NCBI GenBank assembly: GCA_963674705.1
Contig: OY771506.1
Coordinates: 3,712,001-3,776,000 of the forward strand
DNA: 64,000 nucleotides
Reading direction: 5' to 3'
Origin: Phycisphaeraceae bacterium
GTDB taxonomy: Bacteria; Planctomycetota; Phycisphaerae; Phycisphaerales; Phycisphaeraceae
This document shows, piece by piece, positions 28,184 to 36,954 of the stretch. The translations under genes and the position numbers were made by a program. The notes under the pieces are model-generated. The model ran no database searches. It saw only the letters and a list, made by a program, of their open reading frames with translations, and was not told the DNA's origin. Every line of letters starts with the position of its first letter. The first letter of the stretch is position 1.

Positions 28184-29581
28184 TCAGCTAATGCTCGTTC
28201 TGGCACTGCTGCCGGGTAGTGCAGGGCGGCACCAATCGAATCCCGCACCGGAACTCCCTTCTTCTGTTGGCTCTTTAGCCTCTTCGCGACGCGTGCTCAG
28301 GTTGCTAAGGTATTGACGCATGACACTAGGCACAACACCCGCAATAACCAGCAGCAACCAAGGCGTCTCAAACATCTCCAGTGACAGGAATATCCCGTCA
28401 AAGATGAAGATCAACAGGCTTGCCTGTGCCGCCAGGCAGATGCGTGAGGCATGATTGATTGCTGGTTTGTCTTCATCATCGGCAGTTTTAATCGCATCGC
28501 GACACATCATCCGTGCTCGGCGATAATTCCACATCCCAAAAGCCAGCATGAATAGATACACCGAAGCGGCGGGGATACCCGTATCCGCAGCGATCTGCAG
28601 ATACTGATTATGGATCGTTCGGCCCATCTTATCGGCACCGTAATTATGCGTATATTGATTTGAATTACGGATGCCCTTGCCAAGCACCGGGTTTTCCCAT
28701 GCGATTAGCCAAGCGGCCTTCCAGGAATCAAACCGTGATTGTGCCGAAGCATCTGTTTTATAATCGGATGTCGATAGGAAGCGTTCGCGTATCTGCGGGC
28801 CGGCCATTACGGAGAGCACTACTACCAGGCATAACGCCGCTCCGACGGATTGCCAGCGGGGGCGGTGATGCACCAAGACCCAGATAATCCCGATCGCCGA
28901 GGCGAGCATGGCGCCACGTGAATACGTCATCATCACGGCATGCATCATGACCAGGCCAAGTGTGCCGGAAACAATGAGAGGCCACCAACGCCAGATTGTT
29001 TTTGTAGGCGTTAAAGCAAAACAATACGCAAACGGAATTCCCATCGCCAGCATCAACCCGGCGCCATTATTATCAAGGCCGCCGTAGCCGTAGTGGAAAA
29101 TGTTCAGACGACCGCCGCGGAAGAAGTAAAGGAAGTTAATCTCCCATGCGATGTAACCAAGCATGAGCAGAATCATCAGTGCCAGCAGTTTGATCTGCCA
29201 GAAGTGTTCGATAACGATGCTCGCTACGATCCCGATGATCAAGACCTTGGCGTACTCAATCGCCCAGCCCTGCGCGATCTGTGGATCAAACGCGGTGATC
29301 GTGCTGAACAACACCAGCAGGCCGTAAATCAGAATCAGGCACATCATGACGTTCAGCACGCTGCGCGTGATCAGCTTGCTCAGGTGTAACCAGAAGCTGA
29401 TCAGCGTGATGAGCGCGGCCATCAGCGACCAGCGGATGCTCCCGTCTAATGCCCATTCCCACAGATGCTGTGGCCTCAGCACCGCCAGCGAGTAGTACAG
29501 CAAAACACCCCAGAAGGGCGTTTGCAGCGCACCTACGGCCCCGAGAATAGTCATTATGGTTAACAGAAGTAGCTGCTTCAT
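28184..29581 (-). CDS. O-antigen-ligase-like (Wzy_C) protein resembling exosortase-associated O-glycosylation ligases
   Basis: About 12 TM; LRPQHLW, DNNGAG, TYSRGA, DASAQSRFDSW, HNQYLQIAADTG. Confidence 0.85.
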   Translation of the reverse strand: MKQLLLLTIMTILGAVGALQTPFWGVLLYYSLAVLRPQHLWEWALDGSIRWSLMAALITLISFWLHLSKLITRSVLNVMMCLILIYGLLVLFSTITAFDPQIAQGWAIEYAKVLIIGIVASIVIEHFWQIKLLALMILLMLGYIAWEINFLYFFRGGRLNIFHYGYGGLDNNGAGLMLAMGIPFAYCFALTPTKTIWRWWPLIVSGTLGLVMMHAVMMTYSRGAMLASAIGIIWVLVHHRPRWQSVGAALCLVVVLSVMAGPQIRERFLSTSDYKTDASAQSRFDSWKAAWLIAWENPVLGKGIRNSNQYTHNYGADKMGRTIHNQYLQIAADTGIPAASVYLFMLAFGMWNYRRARMMCRDAIKTADDEDKPAINHASRICLAAQASLLIFIFDGIFLSLEMFETPWLLLVIAGVVPSVMRQYLSNLSTRREEAKEPTEEGSSGAGFDWCRPALPGSSARTSIS

Positions 29582-29768
29582 GCCATTTCCCTCAACATCA
29601 CTCGAGTATTTTGCGATGTCACCGAGGGTAATAAACGGTAAGAGACCCGGGATCTTCATGTGGGTCACACTTTACGACTAGGCCGTGCTCGTTACCGTAA
29701 CAAGCAGGCTGCTTTCATTTCTCCACTCCAAGGATGAATCCTTTCATCCCCTCACGATATATATTGCT

Positions 29769-30596
29769 TTATGCTGCTTTATTGATTGGCTCAGTCTCTT
29801 TCAGTTGAGCTTTCGTTTCAGATTGTCGCCAGATCGGAATCGGTCCCTGTTCAACAGGCAATACCGTGCGGGCCACCGGCTGCTTCTGAGCCTTCTCTGT
29901 CAGGTTGTATTTAAGGATGCAGCGCAACGCGGATACCCCGTCTCGCCACGTTATCTTCTTGCCTTCTTCATACGTCCGGCCCGCATAACTCACGGGCACC
30001 TCGTACAATCGCGCACCCATCTTCGAGACCTTCGCGGTGATCTCCGGCTCGAGTCCGAACCTCGGCTCTGTGATCGTCAGTTGCTGCGCGACCTCACGGG
30101 TGAACACCTTGTAACAACACTCCATGTCCGTCAGGTTCAGGTTCGAGAGCATGTTGCTCATCAACGTCAGGACCTTGTTGGCAACAGAATGCCAGAAGTA
30201 CAACACGCGTCGACTATCTCCGATAAAACGCGAGCCGAAGACAGCATCGGCCTTGTTTTCGAGGATCGGCGTCAGCAGTTGCGGGTAGTCACGCGGGTCG
30301 TATTCGAGGTCGGCATCCTGGACAAGCACGATGTTGCCGGTCGCCATCTTCAAGCCGGTGCGGACGCCGCCGCCCTTGCCCTGGTTTTCTTCATGGAAGT
30401 GGATGATGTAATCCGGCCGCTGGCGTATCAGGCCACGGAGGATGTCACGCGTGCCGTCGGTCGATCCGTCATCCACGATAATGACCTGCTTTGTCAGGCC
30501 GCCCGGAAGCGAAACAGCATCAACACGCTCCAGCAGCTGCGGCAGCAGCACGCGCTCGTTGTATACCGGGATGATGATGCTCAATACACCGGGCAT
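29769..30596 (-). CDS. GT2 polyprenol-phosphate glycosyltransferase (DPM1/ArnC-like)
   Basis: IIIPVYNE, VDDGSTDGT, NQGKG, QDADLEYDP, FGSRF, TDMECCYK, GKKITWRDG; GGAGG upstream; ends NKAA. Confidence 0.93.
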   Translation of the reverse strand: MPGVLSIIIPVYNERVLLPQLLERVDAVSLPGGLTKQVIIVDDGSTDGTRDILRGLIRQRPDYIIHFHEENQGKGGGVRTGLKMATGNIVLVQDADLEYDPRDYPQLLTPILENKADAVFGSRFIGDSRRVLYFWHSVANKVLTLMSNMLSNLNLTDMECCYKVFTREVAQQLTITEPRFGLEPEITAKVSKMGARLYEVPVSYAGRTYEEGKKITWRDGVSALRCILKYNLTEKAQKQPVARTVLPVEQGPIPIWRQSETKAQLKETEPINKAA

Positions 30597-30645
30597 GTTT
30601 GCCTCCAATCGGTCCGCCCCATCGGGAAGTTCAACACAACCTTTA

Positions 30646-30673
30646 CAGTCGGCATAATCCGCACAGCTCTTAA
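30646..30673 (-). promoter_or_regulatory. Sigma-28-like promoter for the GT2 operon
   Basis: Minus strand TTAAG-N15-GCCGACTG versus consensus TAAA-N15-GCCGATAA. Confidence 0.4.
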
Positions 30674-30828
30674 GCAGCATACGACCGGTATCCCGGACCG
30701 ATAACCGCCTTATCTAAATAGCCGGGTCCTGCTAATCGTTGCAATCGATCCAGCCGATACGCTTGGAAGTCTTATTGGCTTTGCTGGCTGGGATACAAAC
30801 ACATCCAGCCCGCACAGGAACAGGTGTT

Positions 30829-31656
30829 ATGACTCAAGCCGAAACCCCCAGTTTGCGACTCGCCCCGGATTCGATCGCCGCGGATGTCTACGAAACAGAT
30901 TCTTCAACCGAAGTGATCGAGGATTCGCTGGACCTCATCGAAGACCTGGACGCATACAATAAATGGGTCTTCGAGCTGCTGAGCCCATACATTACTGGAC
31001 GCGTACTTGAAGTCGGCTGCGGCACCGGCAACATCACACAGTTCCTGGCAAGCAAAGCCGACGAGGTCGTGGGGATCGATCCTGTGGCCCGCTTCATCGA
31101 TAAGTTCAGGCTCCGCTTCCACGGCAACATTGCCGTCACATCACACCGCTGCACGTTAGCGGACCTTACACCCGCAACATCTGACGAAGGTCGCTTTGAT
31201 GCCGCGGTCAGTTGTAATGTCTTTGAACATATAGAAGATCATGTTGAAGCTTTACAACAAGTGGCTCAACACCTGAAGCCCGGCGGCAAAGCCGTCATCT
31301 TCGTCCCCGCCGGCCCGATCGCGTTCGGAAAACTCGATAGCGAACTCGGGCACTACCGCCGATACACCATCAACTCGCTGCGCCAGGCGATGGAAGATGC
31401 CGGCCTTGAATGGGTGGAAGGCCGCTACAGCAACATGATCGGCCTGTTCGGTTGGTGGTTCAACAGTGTCGTCTTGCGAAAGACAACCGTCCCCGGCGAC
31501 CAGGCGATCTGGTTCAACAAACTCGTCCCGGTCTTGCGAACCATCGAGCGTCTGCTGCCGATCCCGTTCGGCCAGAGCGTTGTCGGTGTCGCACGCAGGC
31601 CGCTGTCCATGGCAAACCTGGCAAGCAAGCCGGTCGAATACCGACGCGCTGCTTGA
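30829..31656 (+). CDS. Class I SAM-dependent methyltransferase
   Basis: VLEVGCGTG, NVFEHIED, LKPGG, VPA, GHYRRYT; ends RRAA. Confidence 0.92.
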   Translation: MTQAETPSLRLAPDSIAADVYETDSSTEVIEDSLDLIEDLDAYNKWVFELLSPYITGRVLEVGCGTGNITQFLASKADEVVGIDPVARFIDKFRLRFHGNIAVTSHRCTLADLTPATSDEGRFDAAVSCNVFEHIEDHVEALQQVAQHLKPGGKAVIFVPAGPIAFGKLDSELGHYRRYTINSLRQAMEDAGLEWVEGRYSNMIGLFGWWFNSVVLRKTTVPGDQAIWFNKLVPVLRTIERLLPIPFGQSVVGVARRPLSMANLASKPVEYRRAA

Positions 31657-31671
31657 TCCGGTATATCAGCA

Positions 31672-32964
31672 ATGAAAAACTTAAGCACCAGACAATTCAT
31701 CATTGGGCTTGTGCTTGTCTTCGCCGTTGCCCTCACGGCACGCTTGGCGATGACGTATCAATTTGTAGGCTTTAGTGCGCCGCCCGATGCCAACGCCAAT
31801 TCCGATCAGCTTGATTACGAGGTGCTAGCCTTTCATCTGGTGACCGGCCAAGGCTACGCCATCACCCCCGGCAAGCCAACCGCCAGCCGGACGCCCGGTA
31901 CATCCATGACGCTCGCTCCGGTCTACGCCGTCTTTGGTCGATCCTTTGCGATGGGGCGCATCTGGTTCTGTTTATTGTCAGCAGGCACATGCCTATTGGC
32001 AGTGTGTTTTGGATCGCTGTGTTTTAACCGTCTGGCAGGTTTCATGGCTGGATTCGGTTTGGCGATCTATCCCGGGCATGCCTACAACGCGATGCACTTT
32101 CTCAGTGAGACGCCGTTCGGCTTCTGGATGCTGCTCGCTCTGGTATTGACAGCCTGTGCGATACGTAAGCAGCGGGGCGGATGGTGGATGAACAGCCTGG
32201 CCGGGTTATGTTGGGCATTGGCGATTTACACGCGCCCGCAATTGCTATTAGCCGTGCCGATAGCGGGTGGGCTGGCGGTAATCGCCTTACTCTTCAAACA
32301 CCCGATCCACTTCAAACGCTGGGCCATCCAAACCGCTGTCATCGTCCTCGCACTCAGCCCGTGGATCATCCGCAACGATGTCGTACTCGGCAAACCTACG
32401 CTCTCCACCATCACGGGCTACGGGCTGTGGGGCTCGCATAACGAACTGACCTTCAATGATCCCGCTTACCGCGGCGACTGGATACGCGCCAGCATCCTTG
32501 AAGATGCAGACCATCCCTTAACCGGCAACGAAGTGCAGCGTAACGATCAGGCAACGCAATACGGCATCGACGCCATCAAGGCGAACGCCGACAAAATGCC
32601 TGCTTTATTAGCCGCAAAACTATGGCGGCTAGCAACACCGTTTGCACAAACAGACAACCGGATCGCCCGTCTCGCCTTTGCAGTCAGTTGGATCGTTGTG
32701 GCTCCGATCTCCCTCGCAGGATTAATCATCGCATTCAAGCGATCACACACAACCGCCTGGATACTGCTGCTCCCGATCCTTGCCACGATCGCCAGCACGT
32801 TGATCTACTACGGCAGCGTACGCTTCCGCGATTCGGTGTCGCCTGTATTTGTGATATTTGCAGGTGTGTGTGTCGCGCAGCTCATCAGCCTGCTGGCCAC
32901 ACAGCGCAAATCAAAACCGCTTGGTAAGATTGAACCAACTCAAACGGCCGCTCGCGCCGCGTGA
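31672..32964 (+). CDS. ArnT/PMT-like GT-C glycosyltransferase
   Basis: DQLDY after TM1, RTPG, LSETP, TRP, PWIIRN, VRFR; many TM segments; ends ARAA. Confidence 0.82.
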   Translation: MKNLSTRQFIIGLVLVFAVALTARLAMTYQFVGFSAPPDANANSDQLDYEVLAFHLVTGQGYAITPGKPTASRTPGTSMTLAPVYAVFGRSFAMGRIWFCLLSAGTCLLAVCFGSLCFNRLAGFMAGFGLAIYPGHAYNAMHFLSETPFGFWMLLALVLTACAIRKQRGGWWMNSLAGLCWALAIYTRPQLLLAVPIAGGLAVIALLFKHPIHFKRWAIQTAVIVLALSPWIIRNDVVLGKPTLSTITGYGLWGSHNELTFNDPAYRGDWIRASILEDADHPLTGNEVQRNDQATQYGIDAIKANADKMPALLAAKLWRLATPFAQTDNRIARLAFAVSWIVVAPISLAGLIIAFKRSHTTAWILLLPILATIASTLIYYGSVRFRDSVSPVFVIFAGVCVAQLISLLATQRKSKPLGKIEPTQTAARAA

Positions 32965-34148
32965 TGCTTGCAGACTTCAATCAAGCTGTCGCACATCACA
33001 TGGATATCCTCAGCCGTTGTGAACGGCCCGTAACTCATGCGCGTCGTCCCGCCCAGTTCGGTCGTGCCCATTGTCTGATGCGCTAGTGGTGCACAGTGAA
33101 TCCCCGACCGCGTCAGCAAGCCATACTCCTGCTCCAGCAGATTTGATAACGCCTGCGGGTCATCAAACCCGTCGACTCGCACACTGAACACGCCGATACG
33201 ATCTTCCACACCTTGCGGGCCAATGATGCGCAAACCTTGTACATCATCATTCTGCAATCGATCGATCGTGATGCGGATCAGCTCCTGCTGATGTTGCCAG
33301 AGTTTGTCGACGCCTTGATCGAGGATCCACTTCACGCCTTGCGACAGGCCGACGATCCCGGGCGCGTTGTGGCTGCCCGGTTCAAATCGGTCGGGCATGA
33401 AGTCGGGTTGCGTGTCCTGATCGCTGACCGATCCCGTGCCGCCTTCGCGGCTGGTCGCCATCTGTTTTTCCAAGCCCGGCCTAATATAAAGCGCACCTGT
33501 TCCCAACGGCCCGAGCAACCCCTTATGCCCGGGGAACGCCAGCAGGTCGATGCCGATCGCCTGCACATCGATCGGCACATGCCCGATCGTCTGCGCTGCA
33601 TCCACCAGGTAAGGAATCCCATGTGCCTTGGCGAGATGCCCGATCGCTTCAATCGGCTGCTTCGTCCCCGTCACGTTCGAACCATGCACGACCGCGATCA
33701 GTGCCGTGTTCGGTTGTATCGCCTGCTTGATATCGTCCGGATCGACCAATCCCGAAACAGGATCGCACTTGACGCGCGTCTGTTCCGCCTCGCCGCGTTT
33801 GATCAATTCATTGACCGGCCGAAGGATCGAGTTGTGCTCCATCCATGTCGTGATAATGTGCGGCTTCTTCCCGCTTGCCTTAACCCCATGCACGATCCCC
33901 CGGATCGCCATGTTCAGCGCGTCGCTGGCGTTGAGCGTGAAGATGACGTGGTTCGTGTCCTCGCCGTTGATCAGTTGGTTGATCCGCTGCCGGCACTCGT
34001 CAAACAGCCGACCCGTTTCTTTAACCTCGTAATACGCGCCACGCCCCGGGCTTGCGCCGAGCTGCGTCGCATACCGCGTCATCGCCTCCAGCACAGCAGG
34101 GGGCTTCGGGAAACTGGTCGCTGAATTGTCTAAATAGATACGTCGCAT
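32940..34148 (-). CDS. Cysteine desulfurase family protein (class V aminotransferase)
   Basis: YLDNSATSFPKP, EHNS, HGSNVTG, DAAQT, PGHKGL (PLP Lys), RSGIHCAP; 25-nt convergent overlap with the ArnT-like gene. Confidence 0.92.
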   Translation of the reverse strand: MRRIYLDNSATSFPKPPAVLEAMTRYATQLGASPGRGAYYEVKETGRLFDECRQRINQLINGEDTNHVIFTLNASDALNMAIRGIVHGVKASGKKPHIITTWMEHNSILRPVNELIKRGEAEQTRVKCDPVSGLVDPDDIKQAIQPNTALIAVVHGSNVTGTKQPIEAIGHLAKAHGIPYLVDAAQTIGHVPIDVQAIGIDLLAFPGHKGLLGPLGTGALYIRPGLEKQMATSREGGTGSVSDQDTQPDFMPDRFEPGSHNAPGIVGLSQGVKWILDQGVDKLWQHQQELIRITIDRLQNDDVQGLRIIGPQGVEDRIGVFSVRVDGFDDPQALSNLLEQEYGLLTRSGIHCAPLAHQTMGTTELGGTTRMSYGPFTTAEDIHVMCDSLIEVCKHHAARAAV

Positions 34149-34187
34149 TTCCCCGATTTTAGACCATCTACCCCCTCCAGACCAATC

Positions 34188-34206
34188 AGCCGCTTGCGGC
34201 TTAGCG
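34188..34206. repeat. REP-like palindrome AGCCGCTTGCGGCTTAGCG (copy 2)
   Basis: Identical to 9268-9286. Confidence 0.8.
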
Positions 34207-34262
34207 CTCCTGTCCCATCCTCATCAATTGACACTCTCCCCGCCCAGCCGTAGCGTGCTCAC

Positions 34263-35234
34263 ATGAAGCACCTTCTCCCCATCCTGCTGCTGCCGGCCAT
34301 GCTGCTGATCGGCTGTGAAATGCCTTCCACAACTGGCAACGCATCCGCATCCCAACCGCCTAAGACGCAACAAATTGCCCCCGCGAACTCCGCCCAGCGC
34401 CCCGTCGCCTACATCAACGGCCAGGCGCTGACACAGGCAGACCTGATCAATCCATTGATTGAAGCCGCCGGTGGTACCGTCCTCTCCGAGATCGTGCTCG
34501 ACCGGATGATCCACGAGAAACTCGCCGCCGCCGGCCTCACCCTCACGCCCGAACTCATCGAGCAGGAAAAGACACTCATACTCGCCACCTTGTCGGACGA
34601 CCCCAACGAAGCGGCACGCCTGCTGCAAACCATGCGCTCCGCGCGCGGCATGGGTGAGCAACGTTTCCAGGCCATGCTCTTTCGCAACGCTGGCCTGCGG
34701 CTGCTTGTAAAAGACGAGGTCGAACTCGTCCCGACCCTGCTCCGCCAGGCTTATCAACTCCAGCACGGCGAGCGCTACCGCGTTCGCATCATCGTCGCCG
34801 GCACTTTAGCGCAAGCCAACGCATTACTCGTGCGAGCCAAAGCGGGTGAATCCTTCAGCGACCTTGCCGCCATGAACTCCATCGATCCCAGCGCCGCGCA
34901 AGGCGGCCTGCTTTCTCCCATCAGCCCGCACGACCCGACCTACCCCAGCGCATTGCGTCAGGCTTTAGGCAAGCTTGAAACAGGGGGTATAAGTGACCTG
35001 ATCGCGACCGACGATCATTTCATAATAATGAAACTCGAAGAAAAACTGCCCGCCGATACGATCAGTTATGAAGCAGCGTTACCCGACCTCGCCCGCGCCC
35101 TCCGCCGGGAATTGGAAGGCCAGCGCATCCAGCAGGCCGCGCGTGCTTTGCTCGCAGAAGCTAAAGTAGTAGTGCTGGACCCCGCCCTGAACAACAGTTG
35201 GCAAGCCCAGCAACAGCGGACCCAAGGCGAGTAA
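34263..35234 (+). CDS. Parvulin-type peptidyl-prolyl isomerase lipoprotein (PrsA/SurA-like)
   Basis: Lipobox LLIGC; VAYINGQAL; GESFSDLAAMNSIDPSAAQGGLL. Confidence 0.85.
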   Translation: MKHLLPILLLPAMLLIGCEMPSTTGNASASQPPKTQQIAPANSAQRPVAYINGQALTQADLINPLIEAAGGTVLSEIVLDRMIHEKLAAAGLTLTPELIEQEKTLILATLSDDPNEAARLLQTMRSARGMGEQRFQAMLFRNAGLRLLVKDEVELVPTLLRQAYQLQHGERYRVRIIVAGTLAQANALLVRAKAGESFSDLAAMNSIDPSAAQGGLLSPISPHDPTYPSALRQALGKLETGGISDLIATDDHFIIMKLEEKLPADTISYEAALPDLARALRRELEGQRIQQAARALLAEAKVVVLDPALNNSWQAQQQRTQGE

Positions 35235-35273
35235 CGCTGCAACCGTAACTGATCCGTACCCACCCCGAAGAAG

Positions 35274-35449
35274 TAGCCGCAAATGAACGCCAATAAACGC
35301 GAATAGCATTAAGAATGTTTCACTCCCTCTCCCCCTGGGAGAGGGCCGGGGTGAGGGCCGTCTGAAACTTAAACCAACAACTACAATCAAACGCCCTTAC
35401 CTCCACCGAATCCAAACCATTCGCGTCCATCAGCGTTTATTAGCGGCTA
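35274..35449. repeat. 10-nt-unit palindromic element (copy 2) enclosing a CCCTCACCCC-type REP
   Basis: Left arm tagccgcaaatgaacgccaataaacgcgaat (35274-35304); right arm attcgcgtccatcagcgtttattagcggcta (35419-35449). Confidence 0.8.
35325..35357 (-). repeat. REP-like element CCCTCACCCCGGCCCTCTCCC-n-GGGAGAGGG (copy 1)
   Basis: Hairpin ccctctccc/gggagaggg plus ccggggtgaggg tail. Confidence 0.88.
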
Positions 35450-35464
35450 ACCAAGAGCATCAAA

Positions 35465-36667
35465 ATGGATATCCAACCCGCCACCCGTATCGAACGCCTC
35501 CCACCTTACGTCCTCGGCAAGCTCAAGCAGATGATCTACGAACGCCGCAAGGCCGGCGCCGATGTCATCGACATGAACATGGGTAACCCCTCCGACCCCG
35601 CGCCCGATCCGGTGGTCGATAAGATCCGTGAGGCCGTGCTCGATCCGCGCAACAGCCGATACTCCGTCTCCGCCGGCGTCTACAACCTGCGCCGCGATAT
35701 GGCGCTGAAGTACAAACGCAAGTGGGGCGTCGACCTCGATCCGGATAAGGAAGTCATCGCCACCATCGGTTCCAAGGAAGGCTTCAGCCACATGTGCCTC
35801 GGCCTGCTGGGCCCCGGTGACATCGCCGTCGTCGCCGACCCCGCGTTCCAGATCCACACCTACGCCGTCGTCCTCGCCGGTGCGAGTACCGTCTCCGTCC
35901 CGCTTGGTAACGATGATGCATTTCTTAAACGCATCAGCGATGTACTCACGCACCTGACACCCAAACCCAAAGTCGTCATCCTCAACTACCCGCACAACCC
36001 CACGACCATGACCGTCGAGCCCGCTTTCTTCGATCGCGTTGTCGAGATGGCTGCTGAACACCAGGTCATGATCATGCACGACTTCGCCTACGGCGAAACC
36101 TGCTTCGACAACTACAAAGCCCCAAGCTATTTGCAGGCCAACGGCGCGAAAGAGTACGGCGTTGAATTTTCAACCTTAAGTAAACCCTACAACATGGCCG
36201 GCTGGCGCATCGGCTTCTGCTGCGGCCACAGCCAGATGATCGACGCGCTCAAGACGGTCAAAGGCTACTACGACTACGGCATCTTCCAGGCCGTCCAGAT
36301 CGCCGCCATCATCGCCATGCGCGAAGGTGACGCACACGTCCAGAAACAAGCCGAAATCTACCAGGCCCGCCGCGACCTGCTCGTCAAGGGATTACAAAAA
36401 TTCGGCTGGCAAGTAGACTCCCCGCGCGCCACCATGTTCGTCTGGGCCAAAGTCAACCCCGAAGTCTTAGCCAGATACAACAACTCCACCAACGACTTCT
36501 GCCTCGCCATGGTCGATCAAGCAGAGGTCGCCATGACCCCCGGCGCAGCGTTCGGCGACCTGGGTGAAGGCTACGTAAGAATGGCACTTGTCGAAAACGA
36601 ACACCGGATTAGGCAAGCCCTAAGACAACTCGGCCGCGTGCTCGGGCCAGCGCCAGCGACAGCCTGA
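35465..36667 (+). CDS. alaC: Class I/II PLP aminotransferase, AlaC-like
   Basis: RLPPYV, MGNP, IGSKEG, NYPHNPT, HDFAY, SKPYNMAGWRIG; substrate not certain. Confidence 0.75.
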   Translation: MDIQPATRIERLPPYVLGKLKQMIYERRKAGADVIDMNMGNPSDPAPDPVVDKIREAVLDPRNSRYSVSAGVYNLRRDMALKYKRKWGVDLDPDKEVIATIGSKEGFSHMCLGLLGPGDIAVVADPAFQIHTYAVVLAGASTVSVPLGNDDAFLKRISDVLTHLTPKPKVVILNYPHNPTTMTVEPAFFDRVVEMAAEHQVMIMHDFAYGETCFDNYKAPSYLQANGAKEYGVEFSTLSKPYNMAGWRIGFCCGHSQMIDALKTVKGYYDYGIFQAVQIAAIIAMREGDAHVQKQAEIYQARRDLLVKGLQKFGWQVDSPRATMFVWAKVNPEVLARYNNSTNDFCLAMVDQAEVAMTPGAAFGDLGEGYVRMALVENEHRIRQALRQLGRVLGPAPATA

Positions 36668-36695
36668 ACGTAACATGATGTAACTTGGATTCGCT

Positions 36696-36736
36696 CCCAT
36701 TCCCCGCGGGAGACTTCCGGGGGGCCGGGGTGAGGG
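36696..36736 (-). repeat. Degenerate CCCTCACCCC-type REP (copy 2) carrying an inserted cttccggg segment
   Basis: cccattccc-cgc-gggaga[cttccggg]gggccggggtgaggg. Confidence 0.7.
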
Positions 36737-36954
36737 CCGGATTCCTTAATCCTCTCGCAGCAGTGGAAAGCTGTTAGCTTGGGCATGACGAAGCATTAAT
36801 TCCCATATATGTGCTTCAAAATTGCATGTGCCCCGGTTATCATGTGCCTGACGCCCCTCCCATCCGGGGGCCCGGGGTCCGGTATCAGCATGATCATGTT
36901 GCAGACATACACATCCAGTGCGACTTAGCGTGAGTCTTCCCAAGAGGAGGCAGT

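Noticed and set aside
27014..34124. Long plus-strand ORFs 27014-28132, 29685-30704 and 33213-34124
   Set aside because: Antisense shadows of the radical SAM, GT2 and desulfurase genes; no recognisable motifs
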